From Kofleriaceae bacterium (GTDB lineage Bacteria > Myxococcota_A > Polyangia > Haliangiales > Haliangiaceae): a DNA stretch of 19,332 bases. Under the pieces are notes generated by a model, which was given only the letters and a program-made list of their open reading frames with translations, ran no database searches and was not told the origin of the DNA. Numbering within the stretch: position 1 is the stretch's first letter; each line of letters begins with the position of its first letter. Made by a program: the position numbers and the translations under genes. The stretch spans positions 1-19,332 of the forward strand of contig JBKJLC010000270.1 in NCBI GenBank assembly GCA_046597055.1, read 5' to 3'. Positions 1 through 9,183 of this stretch are shown one piece after another.

Positions 1-21
1 CTTCATGACAGCGCGCCAGTA

Positions 22-2418
22 TTACCGGATCGCGGCCAGATCGTCGAGCAGCCACCACCGGTTGGGTGCGCGCTCGGTCGCCGCGATCAGGAGCGCGAGC
101 GCGGCGTCGTGGTCGCCGGTCGCGTGGGCGAGCCAGGCGCGCTCGCACACCGCCCAGGTCGCGAAGAACGGCACGTGGTAGGTCGCGGGGAAGTCGAGCG
201 GCTGGGCGAGGTCGCGCTCGATGGTGGCGACGGCGTCGGCGGTCAGGGTCGGCGTCGGGGTCGGACGGGGCCCCAGGCAGCCGCCGCCGATGAACCGGCG
301 GTGCGCGCGCACCAGCGCGGCCAGCGACGCCGGGTTGCCGTAGGGCGGCCGGGTCGGGGTCGCCGCCGCGGCCAGCGCCTCGAGCTCGCGGAGCACGACC
401 TCGGTCCGGGGATCGTCGGGCGCGGCGATCAGGGCCGCGATCGCCAGGCACGCCGCCCGCTGCGGCACCGCGGCATCGAGCCCGCCCGGCAAGCAGGGGG
501 CGATCGCGGCCTCGGCGGCGGCGGCATCGCCCTGGATCCAGGCCAGGAGGGCCAGCGCGGCGCGGCGGAGCGGGCGGCGCGCCGGCGGCGCGGTCGCCAG
601 CGACTCGGCGTAGAGGCCACGGGCGAGGTCGAGCTCGCCGCGCAGCGCGCGGACCTTGCCGAGGCCGGCCAGGGTGTCCTCGCTGCGGCTGAGCGTGACC
701 GCCTCCTCGGCCAGCGCCGCGGCGCGGTCGAGCTCGCCGGCGACCGCGAGCGTGGTCGCGTGCACGCCGACCGCGTCGGGCTCGCCGGGGTAGGCCTCGT
801 GGTAGCTGGCGCCGACCGCCGCGGCGACGCTCGGCTGGTCGGCCCAGATGAGCACGCTCGAGTAGTGATCGTAGATGCGGCCGCGGAAGCGCTTGCTGGG
901 CGCCCGCTGATACAGGTCGCGGTAGATCGGCAGCGCCACGTCGTAGGCGCCGCCGCGGTACGCCAGCTCGGCCGACCAGAACGACAGCTCGAAGTCCTTG
1001 CCCGCGGCGCCGAGCAGCGTCGCGCGCGCGGCGGCGGGCCCGCCGGTCTCGAGCGCGACCACCGCGGCGAGCAGCGCCTGGTCCTTGCCGGGCGGCAGCT
1101 GGGCGACCAGCGTGCTGGCGCGGCGCGCGGCGTCGGCGCGCTCGAGCTCGGTGCCGCCGAACAGGATCATGTAGGCCAGCGCGCGGGGATGGGTCGGGTC
1201 GACCCGCAGCGCCGCCCGCAGCGACGACAGCGCCTTGTCGCCGTAGAACACGTCGTACTCGTCGAGCGCGCGGGTGACGTAGGCGTCGCCGCGCCGCGCC
1301 GGGGCCGGGCGCTGCACGAACCAGATCGTCCCGGCCGCGAGCGCCCCGGTCGCCAGCAGCGCCGCGGTCACCAGCGGCCACCGCGACGGCCGCGGCCGGA
1401 ACAGCGCGTCGCGCACGGCGCTGAGCGCGTCGCGCAGCGCGGTCATGGTCGGCAGCCGCGCGGTCCGGTCGTGCCGCATGGCCGCCGCGACCACGGCGGC
1501 CAGCGCCGCCGGCACCGGTTCGGCGAGCCGCGGCGGATCGCCGGCGCAGATCTCGACGAACAGATCGTCGAGCGTGCGGGCCCGGTACGGCGGCTTGCCT
1601 GACAGGATCTCGTGGGCGAGGACGCCGACCGAGAACACCTCGGTCCGCTCGTCGGGCGGGGTGCCGGTGATCTGCTCGGGCGCCATGTACATCGGCGTGC
1701 CGAGCAGGCTGCCGGCACGGGTCGCGTAGCTGTCGGGGTGGCCCGAGCCCGTGGCCCGGTCCGGCACCGTCCGCGCGCCCGGCTCGCTCGGCATGGTGAC
1801 GTCGAGCGCGAGCGCGCCGCTCGGCCGCCGCCCCGAGGTCGCCGCGAGGGTGTCGTCGACCGATGCCCGGTGCCGGTCGGCCGCGCCCGGCTCCTCGCCG
1901 ACGTCGGTGACGATCTCGTCGCCGGCCGCCGCCCCGACCGCGGCGATCAGCTTGGCCAGCCCGAAGTCGAGCACCTTCACCACGCCGCCCTGGGTCACCA
2001 TCACGTTGGCGGCCTTGATGTCGCGGTGCAGGATCTTGCGCGCATGCGCGGTCGCCAGCGCGTCGGTGATCGCGATCAACCAGCCCAGGCCGCGCTCGAG
2101 CGGCGGCGGCCCGCCCGCGCGCAGCAGCTCGGCGATGGTGTCGCCCTCGACCAGCTCCATCACCAGCACGTCGTGACCGTCGGCCTGCACGATGTCGTAG
2201 AGGGTGACCACGTTCGCGTGCGGCACCGCCGCGGCGGCCCGGGCCTCGCGCAGCATCCGCGCCCGCCGCTCGGGATCGCCGGCCAGGTCGGGCGGCAGCA
2301 GCTTGAGCGCGACCAGCCGGTCGAGCCGGGTATCGCGCGCGCGCCAGACCTCACCCATCGCGCCCTTGCCGATCGGTGCGAGCAGGCGGTACGGCCCGAT
2401 GGTGTCCCCGGCGGTCAT
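22..2418 (-). CDS. Membrane-anchored Hanks-type Ser/Thr protein kinase with a C-terminal extracytoplasmic TPR-like helical region (798 aa)
   Basis: Kinase motifs GKGAMGEV, VALK, HRDIKAANV, DFG and GTPMYMAPE. A hydrophobic segment (WPLVTAALLATGALAAGTIWFV) follows the kinase domain, then Ala/Leu-rich TPR-like helices. Confidence 0.93.
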   Translation of the reverse strand: MTAGDTIGPYRLLAPIGKGAMGEVWRARDTRLDRLVALKLLPPDLAGDPERRARMLREARAAAAVPHANVVTLYDIVQADGHDVLVMELVEGDTIAELLRAGGPPPLERGLGWLIAITDALATAHARKILHRDIKAANVMVTQGGVVKVLDFGLAKLIAAVGAAAGDEIVTDVGEEPGAADRHRASVDDTLAATSGRRPSGALALDVTMPSEPGARTVPDRATGSGHPDSYATRAGSLLGTPMYMAPEQITGTPPDERTEVFSVGVLAHEILSGKPPYRARTLDDLFVEICAGDPPRLAEPVPAALAAVVAAAMRHDRTARLPTMTALRDALSAVRDALFRPRPSRWPLVTAALLATGALAAGTIWFVQRPAPARRGDAYVTRALDEYDVFYGDKALSSLRAALRVDPTHPRALAYMILFGGTELERADAARRASTLVAQLPPGKDQALLAAVVALETGGPAAARATLLGAAGKDFELSFWSAELAYRGGAYDVALPIYRDLYQRAPSKRFRGRIYDHYSSVLIWADQPSVAAAVGASYHEAYPGEPDAVGVHATTLAVAGELDRAAALAEEAVTLSRSEDTLAGLGKVRALRGELDLARGLYAESLATAPPARRPLRRAALALLAWIQGDAAAAEAAIAPCLPGGLDAAVPQRAACLAIAALIAAPDDPRTEVVLRELEALAAAATPTRPPYGNPASLAALVRAHRRFIGGGCLGPRPTPTPTLTADAVATIERDLAQPLDFPATYHVPFFATWAVCERAWLAHATGDHDAALALLIAATERAPNRWWLLDDLAAIR

Positions 2419-2431
2419 CCTCGACGGCGCG

Positions 2432-2437
2432 ATAGTA
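2432..2437 (-). promoter_or_regulatory. Putative -10 element (TACTAT) for the kinase gene
   Basis: Minus-strand TACTAT ends 13 nt upstream of the ATG at 2418, in the only AT-rich patch of the 60-bp divergent intergenic region. No clear -35. Confidence 0.35.
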
Positions 2438-2478
2438 CTTGAGTTGCCCCGCCGGCCGGTTCGTGGCGCAATCTCCGC

Positions 2479-2727
2479 ATGCGCAAGCTCCCCATCCTCG
2501 CGATCGCCGCCGTGCTCGCCCTCGCTGCCTGCAGCAGCTCCGCCCCCAAGAAGCCCGCCGGCCCGGCCCCCGACGACGTCCCGCAGGAGGTCACCTGCTG
2601 CATCGGCCCGGCCGCCAACGGCACGACCGAGCGCGAGATCACGCCGGTCGAGCAGTGCTCCGAGGAGAAGCGCAACCCGGTCGACCAGTGCAACGTGGGC
2701 CCGGGCGAGAACGAGCCCGTCCAGTAG
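2479..2727 (+). CDS. Small putative lipoprotein (82 aa)
   Basis: Signal peptide MRKLPILAIAAVLALAA-C with an LAAC lipobox, a Pro-rich linker and four further Cys. GC3-rich codons. Fills the gap between the kinase and the gltG-like gene without overlap. Confidence 0.8.
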   Translation: MRKLPILAIAAVLALAACSSSAPKKPAGPAPDDVPQEVTCCIGPAANGTTEREITPVEQCSEEKRNPVDQCNVGPGENEPVQ

Positions 2728-2763
2728 CCGGTCCGTCGCCGGGCGGCACCGGGCCGGGACCGA

Positions 2764-4161
2764 TCACTCCGGGACGAGCTGGAGCGCGATCTCGAACGAC
2801 GCCTCGGTCGGCTCGCCGTCGCCGTCCTTGGGCACGTCGAACCGCCAGTTCGCCATCATGTTCTCGATGCAGCTGTCGAGCTCGCTCTCGAAGCCCGACG
2901 CGCGCGGGCTGACGGTCCGGCCGCTCTCGTTGACCGTGAACGCCAGCTTCACCTTGCCGCGGGCGGTCGGGTCCTTCTTGAGCAGCTCCTTCTGGCAGCG
3001 CTTGATGCCGCTCATGTAGGCGCTCATGATCTTGCGCAGCACCGCGTCTGGCGTGAGCGAGCTGTCGTCGAACGTCTTCTTGTCCGAGACCGAGATCCGC
3101 CCGCTCGGGACCTTCTCCGTGCCCTTGCCGTCGGGGCCGCTGGCGCTGACCACGCCACCGGGGCCGCCGACCGCCGGCCCCTTGCCCGTGCCGATGCGGG
3201 GATCACCGCTGCCACGGGTGCCGCGACCGGCCGCGCCGCCGCCGATCTCGGTGCGCGCGCCCGAGGCCGCGACCTCGGTGAGCTGGTTGCCGAGGTCCGA
3301 GCCCGGCTTGCGACGCTCCATGTCACCCGACAGGCCGCCGGTGCCGGCGTCGTCGGCGAACAGCATGTCGGCGTAGCGGATCGACTCTTCCTGCAGGGCG
3401 ACCGCGCTGCTCTCCTCGCGGCCGGCCAGCTTGTCGGGCCCGCCCCCGGGCTTGGGCTTGGCCACCGGGGGCGGCGTCTTGGGGGCCTCGGCCTTGGGTG
3501 CCTCGGCCTCCTCACCCTTGGCGTCGGCGACCGGCTCCTTGGGCAGCTCGAAGTCCTGCACGTCCTTCACCTCGTAGCTCTCCTCCTTGAACGAGGAGAT
3601 CGCCGCGCGATCGGCGATGCCGTCACCGACCGACGGATCATTGATGAAGACCGCCCAGATCATGAGCGCGAAGTGCGTGAAGATCGAGATCGCCAGGATC
3701 ACCAGCAGCCGCGGCTCGAGCCGGTCCGCCAGGGTGCCGCGCACCGAGTGCGGCAGCATCGGCTTGGGCTGGCGCGGTGGCTCGGTGACGAACTGGAACA
3801 GCAGGGTCAGCTCGCCGATCGAGACCTTGCCGCGGGCGTGCTCCGACAGCGGCAGCACCCAGTGGTCGCCACGCGCCGGCGCGCCCGAGCGCACGACCTC
3901 GAGGGTCTGGACCCGATCGCCGTCGGACAGGCGGCCGTCCATCGTCTGCGTGAAGTTCAGGGCGTACTGGCCGTTCACGACCTGGAACAGGGTGAACTGG
4001 CGCGGCAGCCCCTCGAGCGGGATCGAGAAGGTGTTCTTCGACGACTGGCCGAGCGTGACGTCGACCCGCTCGCGGATCAGCCGCTCCTCGACGATCTTGC
4101 CGCCGAGCAGCACGCCGATGCGCAGGACCCGCCGGCGGGGATCGTGGCCGTGGGAGGCCAT
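2764..4161 (-). CDS. GltG/PglI/NfsG-like TonB/TolA-type energy transducer (FHA-like N-terminus, TM helix, AgmX/PglI-type C-terminal domain), 465 aa
   Basis: Start re-assigned to the ATG at 4161 (MASHGHD...), which overlaps the upstream stop as TGATG. Beta-rich cytoplasmic N-terminus, then a TM helix with SxxxH (ISIFTHF), a Pro/Gly/Lys-rich linker, and a C-terminal domain IKRCQKELLKKDPTARGKVKLAFTVNESG...CI...WRF. Confidence 0.85.
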   Translation of the reverse strand: MASHGHDPRRRVLRIGVLLGGKIVEERLIRERVDVTLGQSSKNTFSIPLEGLPRQFTLFQVVNGQYALNFTQTMDGRLSDGDRVQTLEVVRSGAPARGDHWVLPLSEHARGKVSIGELTLLFQFVTEPPRQPKPMLPHSVRGTLADRLEPRLLVILAISIFTHFALMIWAVFINDPSVGDGIADRAAISSFKEESYEVKDVQDFELPKEPVADAKGEEAEAPKAEAPKTPPPVAKPKPGGGPDKLAGREESSAVALQEESIRYADMLFADDAGTGGLSGDMERRKPGSDLGNQLTEVAASGARTEIGGGAAGRGTRGSGDPRIGTGKGPAVGGPGGVVSASGPDGKGTEKVPSGRISVSDKKTFDDSSLTPDAVLRKIMSAYMSGIKRCQKELLKKDPTARGKVKLAFTVNESGRTVSPRASGFESELDSCIENMMANWRFDVPKDGDGEPTEASFEIALQLVPE

Positions 4162-4484
4162 CAGAAGGGCGCCTTGGTCACGGAGGCGAGGATGAGCGGA
4201 AGGAAGTCCTGCTTCAAGGTCTCCCACTCGTAGTTGATGTTCTTGGCCTGGAGCACGTAAACCACGCTCGGCCGGGGCACCTTTCCACACACCGCGATGA
4301 CCGTGTCGATCACGTGGACCTTCTGGCCGTTGCGATACTCGACGTGGAAGTTCTTGCCCTCCTTCTGCTCGCCCTCTTGCTCGTCGCAGCCTTCGGCATG
4401 GGCGCCGACGGCGGCGGCCCCGAGACCCAGGGTCGACAGGGTGACGAGGCTCGCGAACCGGACGGCGGAGGTGAGGGTACGCAT
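4161..4484 (-). CDS. GltF/CglF/NfsF-like small exported protein (107 aa)
   Basis: Start re-assigned to the ATG at 4484, preceded by AGGAG. Signal peptide ending AHA. The C-terminal GKVPRPSVVYVL...DFLPLILASV resembles the GltF family. It lies between the gltE-like and gltG-like genes. Confidence 0.75.
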   Translation of the reverse strand: MRTLTSAVRFASLVTLSTLGLGAAAVGAHAEGCDEQEGEQKEGKNFHVEYRNGQKVHVIDTVIAVCGKVPRPSVVYVLQAKNINYEWETLKQDFLPLILASVTKAPF

Positions 4485-4507
4485 GGGGGCTCCTGGGGAC
4501 GCGCGCG

Positions 4508-5659
4508 TCACGACTTGTTGCTCTTGGCGCGCTTCTTCTCTTCGCGCTTGATGAGCTTGGTGACGTCCTTCGACCGCTCGTCGTACAGCTTCATGTCGAC
4601 GCCTGGCATCGACTTGTACTCGTCGAAGTAGGTCTTGGCTTTGCCGAGCCGGATCAGCGTGTCCATCGGCCCCTGCGGGGTCGGGAACGGATCGCCGTCG
4701 AGGTAGAGCAGGCCGAGGTTGTAATAGGCGGGCCCGTGGTTCTTGTCCGCGGTCAGCGCTTCCTTGTAGGCGACCTCGGCCTTGGCCAGCCACTCGCCGC
4801 GGGCCGGGCTGCTGGCCTCGAAGTCGGCCGACATACCCCGGTACGCCGAGCCCAGCGCGTTGAGCGTGGCGGCGTCGCTCTTGCCGAGCCGGCGTACCTT
4901 CTCGAAGGTGGTGACCGCGTCGCCGTACTGCTTGTTGATGAGCTGGTGGATCCCCAGGTTGGTCAGTGCGCTGACGTGGTCGGGCTCGAGTTCGACCGCC
5001 TTGCGGTAGGCCGCGAACGCCTTCTGGTCCTCGTTGGTGCGGTCGTAGACCAGGCCGTACACGTAGTAGAGGTACGCGCTGTTGCGCGAGGACTTCCGCT
5101 TCTCGAGCAGGCCGTCGAGGATCACCTCGGCGGTGTCGTAGAGGCGCTTGTGATAGTTGGCGTGGGCGATCACGACGATCGCCTCGATGTTGGTGCCGTC
5201 GACCGCGAGCGCGGCCTGGGCCTCGCGGATCGCGCCGTCACCGTCGGGCGTCTTGGCGGCCAGCATCGTGCGGGCGGTCGCGAGGTGCTTCGTGACCTCG
5301 GTCCGCGCCTGGTCGGGGCTGATGTCGAGGTTGGGCGGCACGATCGCCGGCGTCGCCGGCTGCCCGGGCTCGCCGTCCCCGGTGGCGGTGCCGTCGGGGT
5401 TGGTGCCGTCGCCCGGGGTGGTCCCGGTCCCACCCGGCCCGGGATCTCCGACTGGCTCGCCGTCCTTCATGCCGGCCTGGCTGCCCGTGCCGGTCCCGGT
5501 GGTCGGGGTCGTGCCCTTACCCTTGTTCTTGCCGCAGCCGGCCCCGGCGACCAGGCCGAGCGCGAGGATGGCAGCGGCCAGCGAGCGCATCGGCCTACCA
5601 ACGCGCGGGCCCGGCATCGGATCTGGACCCGCCGTCATCGCGGTCGTCGTGCTGGTCAT
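4508..5659 (-). CDS. GltE/AglT/NfsE-like TPR lipoprotein (383 aa; alternative start at 5590)
   Basis: ATGA overlap with the upstream stop and a GGAGG RBS. Hydrophobic stretch ending AGAG-C, a Gly/Thr/Pro linker, and clear TPRs (YLYYVYGLVY...AYRKAVELEP; ALTNLG; AYYNLGLLY). Confidence 0.82.
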   Translation of the reverse strand: MTSTTTAMTAGPDPMPGPRVGRPMRSLAAAILALGLVAGAGCGKNKGKGTTPTTGTGTGSQAGMKDGEPVGDPGPGGTGTTPGDGTNPDGTATGDGEPGQPATPAIVPPNLDISPDQARTEVTKHLATARTMLAAKTPDGDGAIREAQAALAVDGTNIEAIVVIAHANYHKRLYDTAEVILDGLLEKRKSSRNSAYLYYVYGLVYDRTNEDQKAFAAYRKAVELEPDHVSALTNLGIHQLINKQYGDAVTTFEKVRRLGKSDAATLNALGSAYRGMSADFEASSPARGEWLAKAEVAYKEALTADKNHGPAYYNLGLLYLDGDPFPTPQGPMDTLIRLGKAKTYFDEYKSMPGVDMKLYDERSKDVTKLIKREEKKRAKSNKS

Positions 5660-8600
5660 GGCGCCTCCGTACCGGTGAACAGCTCCTGGTGAAGCACCGG
5701 GAACTCATCGGGGAACTCACGATTGAGGTTCTCGAGCGCGAGCTGGCTCCACTGGTTCGACACGCCGTTGCGCTTGGCCAGATCGACCACCTCGACCCAC
5801 TGGGCCTTGGCCTGCGCGACGTAGGTCGCGAGGTTGCGGGTCAGGCCATCCTCGTAGGCCGAGATCGCCCCGGCATCGGGGTTCTTCTTGTCGATGTCGA
5901 GGATGAACTTGGGCGTGGGCGCCTGGAACAGCTTCTCGGCGAAGCGCGCCATGGTCTCGCCGTAGCGGACCTTGGCCGCCATCGAATACTCGGCGACCCC
6001 GTAGGCGTCGAGCGCCAGGTACTTGTCCTGGGCCTCCAGCGTCACCTTCTCGAGCGTGGCCTTCAGCGCCTTGGCTCGGTCCGGGGTCTTGGCGACCTCG
6101 GTGATCTTGTACGGCTCGAACTTGCTGTTGTAGTGGCGCTCGGCGAACAGCAGGCCCCACTCGCCGGCGAGCCGGGCCCCCTTGGTGTTCTTGGGCGAGC
6201 CGGTCTTCTTCCACGCATCGATCGCGGCCTGGCCGGCGGCGTCGGCGTTCTTGGTGTTGCCCTTCCGCTTCCACACCATCGCGGTGTCGTAGTACGAGGC
6301 GACCAGGTCGTCGGCGTTGCCGTTGTCGCTGCCGTACGCCTTGCGCCAGCGGTCGGCCGCGGGCACCAGGTTGGTCGCGTCACCGGCCGACTTGTAGATC
6401 CGGACGATCGACCACAGCGCGCGGTCCTTGAGCCGGCGGTCGGTCTCCTCGCGGTCGTAGCGGTTGAACAGGTCGACCGCCTTCTTGAAGTCGCGGTCGA
6501 GCTCGGCGAGCACGGCCGCGTTGTACAGCGCCTCCAGCGCGATCTGGTCGGTCGTGCGCGGCTGGTCGTCGCCGAGCGGCGGCGGCGGGTTGATGCCGCG
6601 CTTCTTGGCATCCTTGGCGACCGCGTACAGCTCCATGTTGGTCGCGATCGCCGCGTCGTAGTCGAACACGCTCTGCTGGCTCTGCGCCGTGAGGCGCATC
6701 GCCTCGAGGAAGTACGGGCTCTTCCGGAACAGCGGCTCCTTGCTCTGGGTGAACTCCTTGAACAGCGCGATCGCCGTCTTGGGTCGGTCGCCGAGGCTGT
6801 AGTTGGCGGCCGCGTTGTAGAGCGAGGTCGGCAGGTCGGCGTCGCCGGGCGGCGCGATCTTGTAGTAGCGGTAGAACGACTCGGCGGCCTCGATGTGCTT
6901 GCCCTCGGCCGACAGCCGCTCGGCGAGCTTGAACTCGATCGAGCGATTCTGCGACTTGGCCTGCTCGATCGACGACGCGTCGCCGCACTTCGACGAGATG
7001 AACTTGTTGTTCACCTCGGCGAACTTGTCGAGCTGGCCGGTCGCCTCGTAGACCGACAGCAGCGAGTCCTTGGCCTTGGCTGCCGCCGGCACGCCGCAGA
7101 ACTTGTTCATCACCTTCTCCATGCGCGCGATCGCGTCGTCGATGTGGAGATAGGCGAGGCTGACCAGCGCGGCGTTGAGACCCTGCTGGGGGGCGGTGAC
7201 CGGGTCGTTGACCACGTTCTGGTACTCGTCCCACTCGCGCTGCATCGTCACGTACAGCGGCGGGATCGGCTTGGGCTGCAGCGGCTGCGGCATCGCCTTG
7301 AGGTCGGCGGGGGTCGGCACCACCAGCGGTGCCAGGTTGCCGGCGGCGACTTCGCGGGCGACCTCGGCCTCGTACGAGGCCAGGATGTCCTTGGCGGCCT
7401 GCACGAAGAACATCTCGGACAGGTCGCGGTGATCGCGGACCCAGCGGTACTGCTCGACCGCGTCGAGGTAGCGCTCGCTGAAGAACAGCGCCTCGCCCGA
7501 GTAGTAGGTGAACTCGTAGACGTAGTCGCTCTCGGGGTACTGCTCGATGAACACCCGGTAAAGCCGGACCGCCTCGGCGTAGAGCTTGAGGTACTCCTCG
7601 CGCACGACCGCCTCGGTGCGGCCGGCGGCCTCGTACTCCTTGCGCAGGTTGGTCGCCGCCAGGTGGGTGTTGCGAGCCGCCGCGTACAGCGCGCGCTCGG
7701 CGATCCGGCGCTGGTTCTCCATCGCCTCCCGGTCCTTCTCGTTGGCGAGGTACCAGGGGGTGCCGGGCGCGTAGCGGGTCGCGAGCTCGGCGGCGGCGGC
7801 GTCGGCAGCGAACTTGTCGCCCTTGGCCTCGTACGCGTCGACGATCTGCTGATGCACCACCGGGTTGCGCGGGTGCAGCTCCCACGGCGGCCCGATCGCG
7901 ATGCGCAGGCTGTCGACCGACTGATCGTAGGCCTGGAGCTCCATGAACGCGCCGCCCATCGCCTCCCACACGTCGCGGACGTGGGGCTCGTTCTCGCGGC
8001 CCTTGTAGAAGTCGCGGGCCCGGTCGAACGCCTTCACCGGGTTGGTGTCGGTCTCGCCCTCCCACGGATCGGTGAAGGCGACCGCGATGTACTGCAGCGA
8101 CTCCTCGCGCAGCTCGAGCGCCGGGATCGAGCCCTTGGCGACGATCGCGTCGTACAACATGACCGACTCGTCGAAGCGCTTGATCGAGTCGAGCAGGAAG
8201 TCGCGCTTGTAGAAGGCCCAGGCGACCTTGTAGAGCGCCTCGGCGTAGAGCGGCGAGTCCTTGGCGCCGTCGACGACCTTGAGGTAGCCGGCGATCGACT
8301 CGTCGAGCTCGCCCGGGATGGTGAAGTGGTAGTCGGAGATGCCGCGGACCCAGGCATGGCGGACCAGCTCGGTGTCGGCGCCCGGCCACGCCTCGCACTG
8401 GGCGTAGGGATCGAGGCGATCCTTGCGGTCGGTGCGCCGCAGCGCCTCCTCGCGGGTCAGCTCGGCGGGCGGTGGGTCGGTCCACTTGAACTTGTTGGCG
8501 CAGGCCAGCGACAGGAACAGGATCAGCGAGCGGCGCTCGTCCTTGGTCTTGCCGTAGTAGCCGAGCAGGTACAGGACGCTCGGCATCTGCCGGTAGTCCG

Positions 8601-9183
8601 GGAACTCGGCCAGGATCCGCTCCCAGTACGCGATCGACTTGCCGTAGTCGGCGATCACCTCGGCCGACACGTCGGCGACATCGACCGCGTCGTCGGCGAC
8701 GTCGAGGTAGAGGTCGGCCAGGCGGTACATCGCGTCGGGCGTGAACTGCTTGTGGGTCGGGTGATCGACGATGAACTTCTCGAGCAGCGCGATCGTGTCG
8801 AGGTGCTTGTTCTGCTTGCGGGTCGAGGCGTCGGCGATCCGCTGGGCGTAGCGACGCTCGAGCTCGCTGGTCTTCTCGTTGAACGACCGCAGCAGCAGAT
8901 CGCGCATCCGCTTGTGATGCTGGTCGGCCTGGCCGGTGTAGACGGTCCAGTCGGTCTCGATCTCCCGGAGCACGCCGCGTTCTTTCGGCGTCAGCGGCTG
9001 GGCATCGACGCCGGTGAGCGGGGTCGGCGACGGCGCCGGCGGCGCGCTCGGCAGCGCGCTGGGGCCGGTCGGCGCCGGGGGCGGCGTGTTGCCGGGCTGC
9101 GCCAGCGCCGGCGCGGCCGCCAGCGAGGTGGCGAGCGCCAGCGCGAGCGCGCGGCGCGCGGTGAGGTGAAGGTCGCGATTCAT
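5656..9183 (-). CDS. GltD/AgmU/NfsD-like large periplasmic TPR protein (1175 aa)
   Basis: Sec signal ending ALA-Q. Many BamD/YfiO-style TPRs (DAMYRLADLY, EALYKVAWAFY, EALYNAAVL). The C-terminus WSQLALENLNREFPDEFP, the size and the position directly upstream of gltE-F-G-like genes fit GltD. ATGA overlaps at both ends. Confidence 0.85.
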   Translation of the reverse strand: MNRDLHLTARRALALALATSLAAAPALAQPGNTPPPAPTGPSALPSAPPAPSPTPLTGVDAQPLTPKERGVLREIETDWTVYTGQADQHHKRMRDLLLRSFNEKTSELERRYAQRIADASTRKQNKHLDTIALLEKFIVDHPTHKQFTPDAMYRLADLYLDVADDAVDVADVSAEVIADYGKSIAYWERILAEFPDYRQMPSVLYLLGYYGKTKDERRSLILFLSLACANKFKWTDPPPAELTREEALRRTDRKDRLDPYAQCEAWPGADTELVRHAWVRGISDYHFTIPGELDESIAGYLKVVDGAKDSPLYAEALYKVAWAFYKRDFLLDSIKRFDESVMLYDAIVAKGSIPALELREESLQYIAVAFTDPWEGETDTNPVKAFDRARDFYKGRENEPHVRDVWEAMGGAFMELQAYDQSVDSLRIAIGPPWELHPRNPVVHQQIVDAYEAKGDKFAADAAAAELATRYAPGTPWYLANEKDREAMENQRRIAERALYAAARNTHLAATNLRKEYEAAGRTEAVVREEYLKLYAEAVRLYRVFIEQYPESDYVYEFTYYSGEALFFSERYLDAVEQYRWVRDHRDLSEMFFVQAAKDILASYEAEVAREVAAGNLAPLVVPTPADLKAMPQPLQPKPIPPLYVTMQREWDEYQNVVNDPVTAPQQGLNAALVSLAYLHIDDAIARMEKVMNKFCGVPAAAKAKDSLLSVYEATGQLDKFAEVNNKFISSKCGDASSIEQAKSQNRSIEFKLAERLSAEGKHIEAAESFYRYYKIAPPGDADLPTSLYNAAANYSLGDRPKTAIALFKEFTQSKEPLFRKSPYFLEAMRLTAQSQQSVFDYDAAIATNMELYAVAKDAKKRGINPPPPLGDDQPRTTDQIALEALYNAAVLAELDRDFKKAVDLFNRYDREETDRRLKDRALWSIVRIYKSAGDATNLVPAADRWRKAYGSDNGNADDLVASYYDTAMVWKRKGNTKNADAAGQAAIDAWKKTGSPKNTKGARLAGEWGLLFAERHYNSKFEPYKITEVAKTPDRAKALKATLEKVTLEAQDKYLALDAYGVAEYSMAAKVRYGETMARFAEKLFQAPTPKFILDIDKKNPDAGAISAYEDGLTRNLATYVAQAKAQWVEVVDLAKRNGVSNQWSQLALENLNREFPDEFPVLHQELFTGTEAP

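Noticed and set aside
1..21. Possible minus-strand gene start at position 6 (ATG AAG)
   Set aside because: Only two codons lie in the window, so it cannot be supported.
2728..2757. GC-rich hairpin between the convergent lipoprotein and gltG-like genes as a terminator
   Set aside because: The stem is imperfect with no U-tract on either strand. Such stems arise easily at this GC content.
4162..4793. Longer ORF-track starts for the gltG-like (4290) and gltF-like (4793) genes
   Set aside because: They overlap the upstream genes extensively. The ATGs at 4161 and 4484 have coupling or RBS support and give sensible N-termini.
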